From the UHGV virus genome UHGV-0362220: a stretch of 25,918 bases of DNA. The stretch is one strand, 5' to 3'. The DNA is from a virus. Positions 25,222 through 25,918 of this stretch are shown one piece after another; position 1 is the stretch's first letter; each line of letters starts with the position of its first letter. Both the position numbers and the translations under genes were made by a program. The notes below the pieces were generated by a model. That model was not told the DNA's origin. It made no database searches and worked only from the letters and a program-made list of their open reading frames with translations.

Positions 25222-25437
25222 TTACTCTCCCCGTGCCGCCTTACGACGGTCCTCTCTGATTTTGAAATACAGGTTAGTCAGATATGTCAGCAGCCCAAAC
25301 AGCAGACTCCCCAGCACGCCTATTGCCGCCCACTGAGACGGGGAAACCCTGTCCAGCAACTGCAGGAACCAGTAGCCCGTTCCCACCGCTGACGTGGTGT
25401 ATGACACACCTGTTGTGATTTTTTCCATCTGGTACAT
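25222..25437 (-). CDS. class II holin / pinholin of phage 21 S type, with dual-start motif
   Basis: [71 protein letters not shown]; C-terminal two-thirds match phage 21 S as recalled. Starts at M1 (25437) and M4 (25428); SD GGGAGA upstream. The listed 97-aa ORF contains the terminator and is not used. Confidence 0.85.
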   Translation of the reverse strand: MYQMEKITTGVSYTTSAVGTGYWFLQLLDRVSPSQWAAIGVLGSLLFGLLTYLTNLYFKIREDRRKAARGE

Positions 25438-25472
25438 ACCCCGTCTCCCGTTATCCGGAAGCTGACAACAAT

Positions 25473-25503
25473 AAAAAAAGCCACCAGTTAAGTACTGATG
25501 GCT
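25473..25503 (-). terminator. tR'-like intrinsic terminator immediately upstream of the holin gene
   Basis: Minus-strand RNA: stem GCCAUCAG, loop UACUUAA, stem CUGGUGGC (8 bp, one G-U), then UUUUUUUAU; about 35 nt upstream of the holin start. Confidence 0.6.
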
Positions 25504-25587
25504 CTGATAACTCATGCAGGCATCTCAGACGACCCACTGACACTACCGGTGAGTTTAACGATACCTTCCATTTGACTGGCTCACTTT

Positions 25588-25918
25588 TTATGATGATGCC
25601 GGTGCATTTATCTCCAGCACCAGACTTTCTATCTCAACGCCATACGTTGCATTTTTGGTAATATCCGTCAGCGTCAGCGCATTCAGCCCCAGTGTCAGAC
25701 TGTCTTTTATGACCTGTGACGTCGTGGCGATGACCGGGACTGGTAACCCGTTCCTGATGTCGTTCTTCACCCAGACCACAGACGGCAAACTGAATCTGAT
25801 GCATCACAAGAAAGCAGCAGCCACTCCATTCAGTTTCGGAGTAACCGTGGCACTGCCGGCGGTGAACACCAGCTCCAGCGTCTGCCAGTCGTTACTGTAA
25901 TTCCCGAACTCGCCCAAC
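25588..25918 (-). pseudogene. reading frame running in from the right edge, interrupted by an in-frame TGA (25806..25804), then continuing as the 66-aa ORF
   Basis: Same frame on both sides of one stop: ...TPKLNGVAAAFL* then CIRFSLPSVVWVKNDIRNGLPV... Could be one disrupted gene or two unrelated frames. No similarity to Q antiterminators recognised. Confidence 0.2.

Noticed and set aside
25222-25515. 97-aa extended holin ORF starting at 25515
   Set aside because: The N-terminal 26 codons span the tR'-like terminator hairpin and U-tract and have no SD; the dual-start motif with GGGAGA SD at 25437/25428 gives a 71/68-aa pinholin.
1-25918. Integrase, attachment site, immunity (cI/cro) or Q antiterminator genes
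   Set aside because: None of the ORFs shows recombinase, repressor or Q-like features; the window covers only the late region, so prophage ends and the control region must lie outside it.

Overview
This window is the late (lysis plus virion morphogenesis) region of an enterobacterial lambdoid prophage, almost all on the minus strand (transcribed from high to low coordinates). Order: tR'-like terminator, lysis cassette (phage-21-type pinholin, YdfR-like ORF, SAR endolysin, Rz with embedded Rz1), small accessory ORFs, HNH endonuclease, a GTTAAC-repeat region, terS, terL, an HK97-type head module (prohead protease fused to major capsid protein, portal with a long C-terminal extension, connector/adaptor/gp10-like proteins), then a lambda-type tail module (V-like major tail protein, G and G-T via -1 frameshift, tape measure H, M, L, K, I, J), a tJ-like terminator, a mosaic side tail fiber and two small coupled accessory genes. 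All homology calls are from recalled motifs and protein sequences, not a database search. No integrase, att site, tRNA, CRISPR array, IS element or Q antiterminator was found. The best candidates for undescribed biology are the small accessory cassettes inserted in the lysis module and after the tail fiber, the portal C-terminal extension, and a recurring hairpin-plus-U-tract element just 5' of the ribosome binding sites of major late genes.
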